Part shown: positions 29,061 to 42,100 of the stretch, in pieces
How the letters are laid out: each line of letters starts with the position of its first letter
Numbering within the stretch: the stretch's first letter is position 1
Assembly: GCA_040954595.2 (NCBI GenBank)
Contig: CM082585.2
Coordinates: 12,266,341 to 12,330,340 of the forward strand
Source: Balanoglossus misakiensis
Lineage: Eukaryota; Animalia; Hemichordata
Length of the DNA: 64,000 nucleotides
Direction of reading: 5' to 3'
The notes under the pieces: generated by a model
Database searches by the model: none
What the model was told of the DNA's origin: nothing
Seen by the model: the letters and a program-made list of their open reading frames with translations, nothing else
Program-made: the position numbers and the translations under genes

Positions 29061-30871
29061 TAGGTGGACTGGGGTGACTGGTGTAGTTTTGTTTGTACAG
29101 AGGTGCATCGTGAAGTTGTGATGTGAATGTCGTCAATGTGAATTTGATGAAGAACCGATACAAGCAGTCATTGCCTGTTCTAAAATGTTAGGCGGCCATT
29201 TTGAAACAAACTGTCATCTGCCCATCTTAAAGGAGGCCTGTGGTTGAAAGTAGTTTCAACAAAAAGTGGAAAGCATATTACACTCATCTGGGACCGTAGA
29301 GCTACTGAAGAATATTGTTCAACTGACTACCAGTAAAAAAAGTATTTTGTCAGATCCATCAAGGTAGTCCTTGTGCTTTTATCTGCGGATATGCATCTCA
29401 TTAAAACCATCAATCAAGAATTGCATTGGTACCTGTGTAACAATGCATCTCATTAGCCCTGCCAATTAACGGCTGTAGTGTGCACTTCATCAGAGCCATC
29501 ATAATAATACACCAATATTTCTCATCAAGTCCATTGAATTCTGGAATAAAGGTATAAGATAATGCTGAAAATGAAATGGCTGTAGCCTAATAGTTGTCTT
29601 TATGTAATCCACTATGTGGATTCTAAGAGTTCTCTTCGCTTCCACATTTTACAAGTGTCATGTGTGCATTTCTGTAGCAGTTTCATATTCAACATGTAAT
29701 CTGTGTATAGTCTTTCAGCCACAAGCCACTTTTGAGAGGAAATTGAACATGTTGTTGTTTTGATGTGTTACTGGTTGTCATCTGGCCAGGGAAATTTCCA
29801 GCAGTATCTGTTTCATTTTTGAGAAAGGAGTGATAGTTTTGAGTAATGTAAGGGTCATACTATGTCAGCATGACATTGGTTGTACGAAGGTCAAAGTGAC
29901 TGTAAATGAAGAGACTGAAATTGTAAATGTTATACAGAAATCTATCCCTTCTAGCTCAACACTACACGCACTTTTGAACAACAAATGACTGATCCTCTTT
30001 GCAGCAAGAAGCCAGAGGGGGAACAAAACTCATCTACATAAAAGTTGAATTCAGTGGCAGACTGTTAATAATGGATGATGCATCATCGTATTACAAAATG
30101 ATGAACAAATCTTCTAATGTGAGAAATATTTGATTACAGAAAAATGTTAAATCTCTATGTGGCTGAAGATAATTTGAATATATTGATACTAATGATAACT
30201 TGTAGGAATATGTGTTTTTCTAAGAACATGGCAGATCTTTATATTTCCAGCACTGTTACAATCAGATTGAAGTTCCATCTTCTCTATTTTACATAATGTG
30301 CTGATTTGATACCCATGTAACCTCCTGTCACAGTTTTTTGGTGGAGTGTGTTTTTTTGGTGATGCGATGTGTTCCAGTATTTAATGCTTAACAGGAGAGA
30401 GAATCTCAACAACCATGCTGGTCCCGATGCTGCAATGCTCTGCAGATATTTGTCGCTTGATGCAAATACAGACGCACATGGAAAATGGAATATAGACGCA
30501 CACAGAAATGAAGTGATCATGGCTGATATTACCATACTGTTGCCTTCATGGACAATAGTAACAGCAGTTAATAAGAATAAGTCATTTTAATCATGGATCA
30601 CTGTGGATGGGGCCAAATCTTGTAAGATTGTGTAATGTTATCTTGAATATTCTGTTGTCGAAATTATCCGAATATTGCTTCCTACCACAAAGATTTTGAA
30701 GTTTTGTCACATAAAAGCGTGAGCTGCAGATGACTGAATGTTGTTGAAGCTTTTTCATCCAAACTTAAATGTTACTGGTTAAGTGTTAAGAGGTTGTAAA
30801 CAGGGTACATGATGTACCATCTGGCCATAAAAAGTACTGAATTGTACTTCTCCTGGGATACTGTCATTTCA

Positions 30872-30940
30872 TTAACCCTTTCCCCCAGTTCTCTCTATAG
30901 AAGTCCAACTAGGACTGAACCATTGGGGTGAAAGGGTTAA
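30872..30940. mobile_element. piggyBac-type MITE, internally deleted copy
   Basis: TTAA-CCCTTTC...GGACTGAACCAT...GGTGAAAGGG-TTAA, with the same internal sequence as the 28968 copy. Confidence 0.7.
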
Positions 30941-33921
30941 ATGACTGTTTTATTAGTGATGGTTTTCCATTTCTTTAGGAACTGTCCATCATTCAGAATA
31001 CACTGTTACGTCAGCCATGCTGCATTATATTCGACGCAGAGCAGTGATGGAGACGCATATATAATGCAGGTGAATGCAGGAGCATACATTTGCCATAAAA
31101 GGCTAACATAAGAAAAAAGGCTAAAATGATTTTATTATGATTTAAAACTTACTTCTGTATCATGTCCAGATCATCAAGGAATATTTAAACAAGCTTACTG
31201 TTAATATCTTGGCAACTGGTTAATTCGACTGCAGATTTTTGATGGCTCACAATAGTAAGAATGTCTGTTTGATGACTGAAATATGAATTTTCCTTGAATG
31301 TACCATATATCATCAGTATAAGCATGCTTTGTAGATGTGTGCTAATAAAACGCAACAACAGGGTATATTCAGGACAGAAGCTTATTTGCATCCACACTGC
31401 AACTTTGTAATAATCTGTGTTTTCATATATGTTTATTTTAATCAGTTTTTGTCACAGTTTTGTTTCTAATCAAACATTATTAATTGTGCCGTGTATTGAG
31501 TTTTAACTTTTAGTAATTATGTAGTGAGATGGATGATATAAACATAAATTTGGATTAATGTTTTAGTATTAATACGTAACCTTGTTTTTAAAGTTATTTT
31601 ATTTCATCTTTCATTATTATGTGTAGTCATTATGGTTACATATTGAGACGCACAGGATGAGTTTGCTTACAGCAAGATTTGGGATTTGTTTGGTGGGAAG
31701 CAATTTGTTTGTACAGTATAGAATTCATGTGTAGTTTTACTTTTTTTGTCAAGTGGCAACTTTCTGCAAAGTTTGGTGGAAATTGAGTTCTCGATCAACT
31801 GGAGGCCGTCGTCTGTTCTGTAATGTGCGATGTGTTGATATCTTTCATGTTATGGTATTTTAAACCACTGTCAACAACTGGAATATCCAATATGGGAGGA
31901 ATTCACTGTTTGTCATCTGGTAATTTGAAGGAACCGGAGTGTTTAGAATGTTGTATGAATACATCCTGGAATACATTGAGAATTTTGTGTATGAAAGAAT
32001 GGAAAGATACTATTTGAAACCATCCTAGTTGAACTCTGTTATTCTACAATTCCACCACTCCTTGCAAGAAAGTTGTAGCAGGTATGTATTTTGCTTTCCT
32101 CACATTACATGTTTCTTCACTGATTGACAAGTTTCATGTATCTGATTGAGGTGTACTTGTTTCAAAAACAAAAGAGAAAAAAAAAGAACTATATGTAGGT
32201 GTCATTTAATTGATTTTAGATTTGTTATTTACTTTTAATGTTGATTCCAATCCAGAGGTATTGACAGAAATAAAAGCTTGGGATTTCCCCAGAAAGCTTG
32301 TGTTTGTGTCCTGTATCAAGGTAAGGTGACATTTTAAACATTCATGTATGTACCCATTTATCAGTAGAAGCTTATCGGATCAAACATTTTCTCCATCGAG
32401 AGCATAATTTAGTTGAGAAATTCGGATCGGTCAACAGTAAACTCCCACCATGAAGATGTGGAATGGTCATGTTTAACCAGGCCATGTGACTGCTTTCAGT
32501 TTGGCATGCAAAATACATTATGATGTCTGTTGGTAGGTTGTGAAGTGGACCTGGTACATGGGAGATCTCAAAATATCAGAATGCTTTGGACGAGTGTTCT
32601 GATCTCGTGGACAATTTGAACAATGTTAGTGGAGAACATTTCCAAGACTGCTTCAGGCAAGAAAGAAGGTAATGGAGAGAAAACTTTCGTTTATTTGAAG
32701 ACAACTATGCTTGGAAGAGATCAATTTTGTCGTGGGTCATCAGGGGGTCAAGGTGCAAAGGGTTAGAGGCCAAATTCTCTAGAATCTTTGCGTTCTCGTG
32801 ATTTTACATGATGGTAAAGTATGCAAACTCCCAAAGGGTCGCGGAGCAGATGGCCCTGTTACTCAGTGATAATGTAGAGGGCGCTCTTCATCACCTTCCT
32901 CTAATGAATGTCTATTTTGTCAGATTCTCTCAGCTGTACAATACTGTTTTACATGTGCAAAAGATTGTTTCCTATGCAGGTTATATTTTTCCATTCAAAG
33001 AAAACAAATTATGTGAATGCTCACATCCCTGGTTCTAGTCCTAGCTAGACGAAACACTAAATGCAGCATTTTTGTGGGAATTGGTCACATTTTATTCAAT
33101 ATGTAGAAAAAACATATCTACTAATCAAGGTATTTTGTATAAAAGATGAATCAGGTTTGTACATTTTTCTCCTTGGGAATTTTGAAAGAATCTGAGGTAT
33201 TGAAAAATTGTACTGAAAATAGCTGATAGATGACCCCCTCCCCGGCCGATGAATTTTGAAATTAGCTTACAGGAGAAATTCTCCCCTTCTCACAATGATA
33301 AATTACTGAAAAATTGTAATGTCTGTGGAAAACTCATTTGAATCAGAGTTTGGCATCTCATTGTTCCAGCGTATATATTTGTTGAGAATACTAGCTCAGT
33401 TGTTGCTTTGTCTTCAAAATATTTACAAATATAAAACCCCTAAATGGTAACAAAAAAGCAGACTCTTCATTTATTGTAATGGTATGACATGGTTTTTAAC
33501 ACTATGTCACAAATGGAACAAAATTACAAGATGGGAGAGATCATTCTCTTCAAAATAGTGAGGAAAGAAATTGTAGTTATTGTTGTGCATACATGTAAGT
33601 ACTCTCCCACCACATGTCTAGATTTTAGTTGAAGCCTTTACTCCAATACACAATTTTAAATTCAAAAGTGCCAGTGCTTGTTTCCAGTCCTTTAACTGAT
33701 TGGATCGGACAGTCATTTGAACTCTGAAGTCAAGTGTTTCTTTCACCAAAGCAAATATCTTCACTGAGTGAGTCTTCGTGGTGACACAAAACTGTTTTTG
33801 TCCACTGAACGACTGACTCCAGATGGTCTTTTTAATCCAGCAGAACTCATAAAGTGGACCTAGACTGGGTACATGTGTAATATACAACGAACATAGTCTC
33901 TGTCTACAAAAAAAGGAGAGT

Positions 33922-35465
33922 TCAATGGTCCGGTTCTGCATCATCAAACTGTCCTGTGTTGGTTTCCATGGCAGCATCCTCCACTCCATTTGTCCCTGAG
34001 AAAATGAAAACGCAAGAAACTGGGATTAGCCATGACAGCAGGATTGCCACATTGTGTAGCTGTATATATGTGCAGGTGTATGTGTGAACAACTTCTCATC
34101 AAGAAAAAAAAATGTAAAAAAGTTAATAACTGAATGCTTCCCCATACCTGATGCAGACGTTGCTTGCACTGGTTCACTTGTTTCCATGGGAACTGTCTGG
34201 CCGGCTTGTCCCATCTGAAGTAAGTTTTCTAATCTGTGGAGAGTCGCCTGACCTTCTTCTGTCAGTTCTTCAGCTCCCTCTGGTCCAGTGAACCACTGTC
34301 CATCACCCTCTCCCTCCCCCTCCCCTTCTCCTTCAACGGCATCTTCTGCAAATGTGATACAAAATTGAAGTGAAATTTTACCCACATTAGCATTCTAATG
34401 TGAACTGCTCCAGATGTACTTGTGAACAATCAAACATGAATTTTAAATTCAACACAAAACATACCGTAATTTGCCTCGTCATCATCTTCCGATTGTGAAT
34501 CATCTTCATCGGGATGGAGAGCTTGACATTTTGCCATGGCATCAAACATGTTATCCACTGGAACAGTCACAAAATAAACCATTATACAAATGACGGATGG
34601 AAATTGGCAAGACAAGAATGCTTGTCCCTTTTAAACAATTTGTCCACAAAATAAAATCATACTTACAGGATAATTTATCTTCTGGTATAAACCTTATCTC
34701 TGTAATCTGTGCCTGATCATCATCATCATCTTCATCCTCTGCCTCCCCTTCTCCTATTTTCGCTGCTGTTGTGTCATCATCCAGTTTGTAGTCTACCATC
34801 ACATACAAACATTCATGTGGATATGAAGAGAGGTCCCTCGACACGGCATGCAGGGATATGGCTGGATATTCCAGGGAAAAACCTTTACCACCAACTTCTG
34901 TCCAAGATAAGCGACTGTAAATGAAAAATTATAATGATCTAATTATTATTTCCCCACCTCCCTTTTTTACAATAAATACATCAAAAATGAAATGTCTTCT
35001 CATCTTAATGCTAACTGTTCCATCTTTTACATATTCTCATAAACTAGCTCGCAGTGATCTACAAAAGTGAACTTTTGATGGAAACTTGAAAACCCCTAAC
35101 CCTACTCACACTGTCATACATTTCTGTGTGTAATATACATGAAATACGCATATTACTACGACAACACACTACGTCATAAGACGCCATTCTCAAGTATATT
35201 GCACAGGGATCATGGTGACAGTAGATATCACCTTCCTCAGGGGCCACGATCATTTACTTGATAATAATAACAAGAAATAGATTATGCTACAGCATTAGTA
35301 CTATACTATACTATGAAATGAAATTCATTCGAAATGTCAGTATCACCTTTCTGCTATATAGAGAACACCCTGTCCTAAATCTTGCCCATTAATGTCTGCT
35401 CTTGTGTTTGGTTGTTGATGTCTTATACCGTCCGTTGGTGGAGGGAGAGAAGTGAGAACGACCAT
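33922..35465 (-). CDS. CLNS1A: Methylosome subunit pICln
   Basis: Minus-strand exons 35465-35347, 34914-34667, 34557-34465, 34345-34148, 33995-33922. LGQGVLYIAESRLSW...GFSLEYPAISLHAVSRD...LYVMV, acidic stretch, ITEIRFIPEDK, MFDAMAKCQALHPD, LTEEGQATLHRLENLL, C-terminal GQFDDAEPDH*. Confidence 0.95.
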
Positions 35466-36184
35466 TTTTAAACCGGTTCTTTCTCTTATTACTTTGTCAA
35501 CAACAGACCCGCGAAAGAAGCACGTTTTGCAGACGTCGGAATCAGCTGTTTGAAATCTCGCGGGGTTTATCTCGCGAGAAACTATGTAGCCAAGCCGAGA
35601 GGGTGACTGTTTCGGCGCGTGCGGCTTGAAGTACAGGCGCGTGCTAATACACATTGTTATTTAAATTCTAGCGACTGCTTCAGGTGAAAATTACACATAA
35701 TTAACACATTTCGTGAACTCTTGCACTTTCTTACAACAATTTGCATCTAACTGTTTTGATAACAAAGGGCAAAACAGTTATCTTCGAACTACTTTTTTTT
35801 CTGCGGAGAGATATCTTGATATTGTGAATCGTTTTGGGGATTTTCTGGAGTAATCCTCCGCGCTACTCGGTGAGGTCATCGTCGTTTACATACAGTAGAC
35901 GATATATTGTTGTCCTATTGAATGAGATCAGAGCTGTATTTTAGAGAGCGAAGTCCAACTCTTTGTGCCAGGGTCCGCTGTTATATCTAGCGTTCATGCG
36001 TGTAGGAAGTGTCGTATGATAACCGGATGTTTTCATTCATTTTTATAAGACCAAGGATGATGTGGAACACGAAGCGGACTTTATGGTGAAAAGGAACCCG
36101 TTGAAAACTTCAACCATTCGCCGATCGACCGTGGGAAACATATGACGATAATTTTGTGATAAATATCCTGTAAATACCAATAAT
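35466..36184. promoter_or_regulatory. Bidirectional CpG-rich promoter between CLNS1A and TMEM164
   Basis: Start codons diverge about 720 bp apart; local CpG enrichment; perfect palindrome TCTCGCGAGA at 35570-35579 with a near-copy ATCTCGCGGG at 35555-35564. Confidence 0.65.
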
Positions 36185-39100
36185 ATGTCAAGTTACAGTT
36201 GGCAAAATATGTTCGACTGGGCCTACGGTGGAGTGGATCCAAAATTCGTCGGTAACGGAGGTCCTGAGTGTGCAAATTTCATGGGACTTTGGCAAAGAGT
36301 GATCGAAACTGTGGTCTTCACGTCGATTGCTATTCTCGAAATTTACTACTCATGGGGACGTTTAAAAATCCCCGAAGTCCCAAAGACCGAGCCATCAGAT
36401 CGCATTGGGAAAAGGATTTTATTAGTTATTCTTTGTGTGACATTTGGCATAGAAATTGGTTTTAAATTCGCCACCAGAACCGTCATATATCTGTTGAATC
36501 CATGTCATCTTTTAACAGTGATTCAGGTGAGTGCTTGCTGATTGACGTACACACTGTTTACGAGCAGAAAAATATCGAAGTTATATGATTTTTTTTGCGT
36601 TTATGGTAGTTATATAGGCAGCTGCGCCGAATCACGACTTATATATTGTGTGCGACATGTGGGTGATTACTCAGCTCAGATCAGCTGATCATGCCATAGG
36701 TGCTAAAGGTAACACATATGCAGGTACGAAGGGACCCGCCTCTAGGCAGACTCACACGCGCCAAGCGAGGTATCAACCCCGTTTGGCGACACGTACGCGA
36801 CATGTAAATATACATAACGGCGTTATTAATCGTGTCAAAGTTTATCTTTACTGTGTTCTGACCATTGTTTCTTCCCTCAAAATTGTACTGTACAATTTAA
36901 TCATTTAAGTGGTTGGTCCAAAAGAATTGTCCGGTTTTCAAACATTGTTGCCCACGTGATTAGCAATGCAGAGATGGACAAGACTGTAGTGTATTAGTAA
37001 TGAACAACACCACCTATTGTCTATTACATAACACCTTTCACATGTATAGACACCAATTTTAAAGCAGTAGCTTCTCAATTTTTTTTACTTTTGCATTGTA
37101 CAGTCATATGTTTGGTTCTCAGGTTAACTTATTTATATTTGTTGGTAGGGTCTACTGGACTTTTGGAAAAAGCACATGACATGTACATAAATGATGAACA
37201 TAAATGTTGCACATGTCATGTGCAGTTCAGTTGATCCTACCCTCTCCTAACCCTTTCACCACCATGGTTTGGTCCAAAACCATTGTTTTCGTCTGTGAAG
37301 TTGGACATCTATTTGCTATCATCACATCCTGTATGGACCAAAGGTTTGCAACTGAAAATGCACATTCTTGGCAATTGAATTGAGCGTGTGACCATTTTGA
37401 TAAGAATGATTAATCTGTCCACACCCCCTTCCTCTCAATCACTGCCATCATCAATCATAAAAGTATGGCATTGGGTAGCCATCAAAGGTTGCCCTTGATT
37501 ATATCATATGACACTATTGACAGTTGTCATGTATTGTGGCCAATGCAGCAAGCATGTTTGTATCAGAATATACACTGAATTCAGAATTTTAATGTTTTGA
37601 AAAAGATAACACACCCCTTTTAAAATGTCCTTTGCATTGATTTTCTGTATGTATGGTTTATTCTCATATAGCTTGAGCAAGTGGACGTGTCCACTATGTT
37701 ATATTGGGAGGGCAGTTTTGAATTATTAGGGATAGAATTTCTCTCTTTTGTGCAGCACTATTTATTAATATAATCCTAACACATCTGGTGCATGAATGGT
37801 CGACCAGGGGATTACGGACGTCATACCTGTATATATCCAGCAGCAATTGTCTAGAAATGGTTACAAGAGTAGTGGAAATGAGAAGACAGTAGAATCACAT
37901 GGTTGGAAGTTAATACTCTTAATAAATGCTGTTTTTGAGGAAGAGTACATTTATAGCTTGGTAAATAGGCCAGGCATATTTTACTGAAATATCCTGTTGT
38001 AAATTGATACTGCCAAGAGTTATTGTTAAATCAATGAAGTCTTGTAAATGCAGCATGTGTGATAGAAGATTTGTTGATGTGGTTTGTGACAGGCTTATAT
38101 TGAGTGGACCTGCTAATCAGTATATGCGTATCACATGTCCTGTTACATTCTCATGGATCTCACAGTGAAAGTGATCTTTTTATTCAAAAATACCATCTGT
38201 CGGTTCTCAGGATTTGATCTCAGAAAAGGAAGAGGCAAAACCTGAAATTGGAATGGACCATTAGTATACAAACAAAACCATGTGTGTAAACAAACGTAAA
38301 AACAGACCCATTCCTGTTTGGTTGATCCATGTCTTTTTGTTTGTATCACTATCACATGACTTCTTTAACATGCAATGCATACAGTATTCCATAGAACGCT
38401 CAGTGGTATGTGTGTGTGACATTTTATAAGGCTTCTCTGATGCTGCCTGTAGCTTTACTCTGCCAAAATTTGGTCGATGCCATTATTTTTGAATGCCATG
38501 GGTGTATAATGTCATAAATACAGGGTAACAAATGTGGATCACCATTTCATTCTTCAGCATATTTTAGTTGTTCACAGATGCAGTAGTAACACTGACATTT
38601 CCTTGTAGAACAAGAATATTACTACAAATATTGAGAACATTTTTGTGACGTGTTTTACTGCAGCAAAACACAGATGTTGCAAATTAAAGCTAAGATCCGG
38701 CATGGCTAAACGTTTGCATAATAAAATGGCACTTTTAATTCCCTTTTTGTCACAATTCTAACGGGAAAGCAGAAACCAATAATACCATTTTAGTCTGGCA
38801 GTCGCTATTTGCATAATTGATTGCCCATGTGGTTTACAATATGTTAACTGAAGACATTTGCATAACATTTGCTGTAAAATTTAAAAAATACCCACACAAC
38901 TATTTCTCCTGGTAGCTGTATGGTACTGGTAGTTATTTTTAAGCATGATATTGCAATGCAAAGATGGGAGTGTGTGAATAAAAGCAGATGTCTTGAATAT
39001 CTCCAACTTCAAAACCCTTTATCTCCCTCCCCCTCCCCCTCCCCCTGTATACATGTAGAGGTCTAGCATAAACTCAGTTATGTTTGTGCTGTGGGAGGAG

Positions 39101-42100
39101 AAATATGAAATGTTTCTGATGATGCAGGCAACATATGTTTTTATACAATTTATTGAGACATTTTACTGCACAGTTTACCTGTCTACTTGGTGATTCAGTC
39201 CTGCCTCCCCTCAATAAAAAGACCACACCCTGCAACACAGCTGTCACTTTCTGTCTATTTTCAGCATCACCGAAACCTGTCCAACCATTGCATTAGAAAG
39301 GGGGCATTGACTGCCTCTGCAGCTTGTCTGTCTGTCTGATGAATAAAGAGCCACAGTTTGTATTATAATTTATGGTTATTTTTCAGTATTTTATTTGTTA
39401 TATGTACAAATGTATCAACTACAGCTGTCCATCCACAGAATATGCAATAGAAATGTACTAGTATGCTTGTGTCAGACTATCTCAGGTATTGATTTCATAA
39501 TAGGAATACAGATATGATTTATGTGTTTCGTAGGAACTGAAGCGATACAAGTTGTACATTTTTACAAAGTGATAAAAGCAAGCGTAACTGTTGGCTGATA
39601 TTTTACCAGAGAGTATTGGTAAGAAAATTGAGTTTATTGTGGGTTGGTATAAAAATAGATTTTATGGTCTTTTGACTATTAAAGTGTGCCAAGATTTGTA
39701 TCATTGCTTCAGTTGTTATAAATGCCAGCATCTGTGTAAATGCACTACAGAAACAACACTAGTAGTGGTGTGATAGGCTGTAGAGATTATTTTGGAAATC
39801 TAATTGGTGACGATTGTGTTTTGACAAATCTCCTTGCATCTTAGTTGGAGACCAACAGCTTCAATCTATATATTGCCCCAGGGTACAAATTCTCCTGGCA
39901 ATAAAAAGACAGGTTATAAGGACTTTGATTTTTGGTGGGTGTACTTTGCTCTGAAGCTGTTTACAGACGTTAACTGTAATCTTGTTGGTCATTGTCTGTC
40001 TGTGTCAACAAACTTTTGCTGGGGTTCTTTTAATTTTTGGCCATTGGTATATTGTAATGCATTGCACATAAACATTCAGATTCTGGATGTCACCTTGTAC
40101 GTGCATATACTTACATGTACATGTAAATGCAACCAAGCCAGTTATTGCCAGCCTTCCTTCTAAAAAGTATTTCTCATGTTTAGTGATAACAATGATATGA
40201 TGAATTGAGAGATCTAATTGATGTCAGATGAACATATTACTGGAATACACAGGGGTTAATATACTTCAATTGCACCGAGCTCAGTAGGACATTTATCTGA
40301 CGTGTAAATTATTTTATTTCCATTACCAGTAGGGCATTTACATTTCTGTTGCAGTGTTAATTTATTTTATTCTCATTGTCAAAGTAACAAGTACGGCTAA
40401 ATAATAACTGAATAATGGCACTACATCACTTGCCATGCTGTTAAAATAATTACAAAATTGATCATGAAATATTCATGCAATGTACATGCACACTGCAGAG
40501 TCTGATTATTTTGTGTGTATGTTTCAAACCACTCAGCCAACACCCCCGGAGGCTTATTTCATTAAGCGAGGTACAGTACACTCTCAGTTAAATTACTGCC
40601 AGTTCCTCTCAATTCTAACACTCACACAGCCGTTATATTAACCCTTTTACCACTATGGTCCAGTCCAAATCCTTTGTTTTTCTATGGGAAGGTTGGACCT
40701 CTATAGAGGGAACTGGGGGTGGAAGGGATAAAAGAGTCTGTGACTCTCATGTGTGAGCAGTTTGAACTTGAAATCTGTCAGGTGTCACGGGTACATGTAT
40801 GTCGCAGTGAACTTTGAAGAAATTAAGATGCAGCATTGTATTTCACTGATCCTCAGGTTCTGTCATTATTGATGGGTTTGTGCTGGAGACATGTAAATGG
40901 AGCCTCATCCTTCTTAAAAATTGATGAAATGTAGATTTTAGTGGCCATGAGAAATGCAAATACTAGATTCGCCCACACAGGCAAAATTTAAAAAAAAGAA
41001 ATTAAGTAGAAAGATTGTATGTGATGTGATAGTCTAGCAGTGTGCGTGTATGCAGAGACTGACAGGGTGTATTTGCATACCTGTTGTCAACCAGCAGGCT
41101 GATCAGTATCAACAGTTGCCCATCATGCATTCTGCCAACATACATATGACAGTAAAATCTGTCTAATCTGGAAACCTGTCTACCCTGACACATTTTTCTG
41201 TCCCTTAGACATAGAGAGCCACATATTAATTTAAAGAACCTCTATAAACCGGACACCTCTGCAAACCAAACAATTTAGAGTGAAGTATAATGGACTTGCC
41301 TACTATTCATCCAATATGTCGACATGCTCAGAGCCATTGTTCATACATCATTGTATTTTTAGAATAACCCTAGATAATATTTTACAGTCTCTAGATTAAT
41401 AGTGAGAGTAATTCCTGGAACAAAAGGACAGATTGAATCGGAAACTTAGAAGTTAGATATCCTCAGGGTTGCAATGATGTACGATGTAATGTTGAATTTC
41501 CTTCCACTCTATTTTGCCATTAGTTCTTCCAATGTATTGACATGTATATATGATCAGTTTCTGAAAAGCACCATATTCAGTTTCATTTCATTCAGTGTTT
41601 GTTATTCACCTCATACCATTGCCACTCAAACAGTTGTGTAGAGCATATTAGAAAAGTCGTACAGTGATGTAAGGTAGCTTGTGAGGCTTGTGTGGGTATT
41701 TCTATAAAAATTCCAAAAATTACTGCGATCTTTGAAATCGAGGTTCGCTAAATTGATAAAGAAGTCAGTGATCCACTCTAGATACGCTGGAAATAATCTC
41801 TGTTGCTGATCAATGAATCCTTGAAAATCCTTAAAATAGATCCCAGTATGAATCACCTTCAGGTAGCTTTACTTTTATGGAGTTTTTATTTTAGTTGCAG
41901 GGGGGTGGGGAGGGTGGAGGCTCAGCTGTACATGAATTCACACATCACAGGTCTTGATAATGATAGTTTTTTAATTGCCCCAAAAAGGCAGATCAGAGTC
42001 TATATTCAGAGTTGTCATCCCCAAAGATTGCCTATTTATTGGCAAGAATTTGGATGCATACAATGGAGTAGCAATTACACAGTCAACAGCTCTCAGTGTG

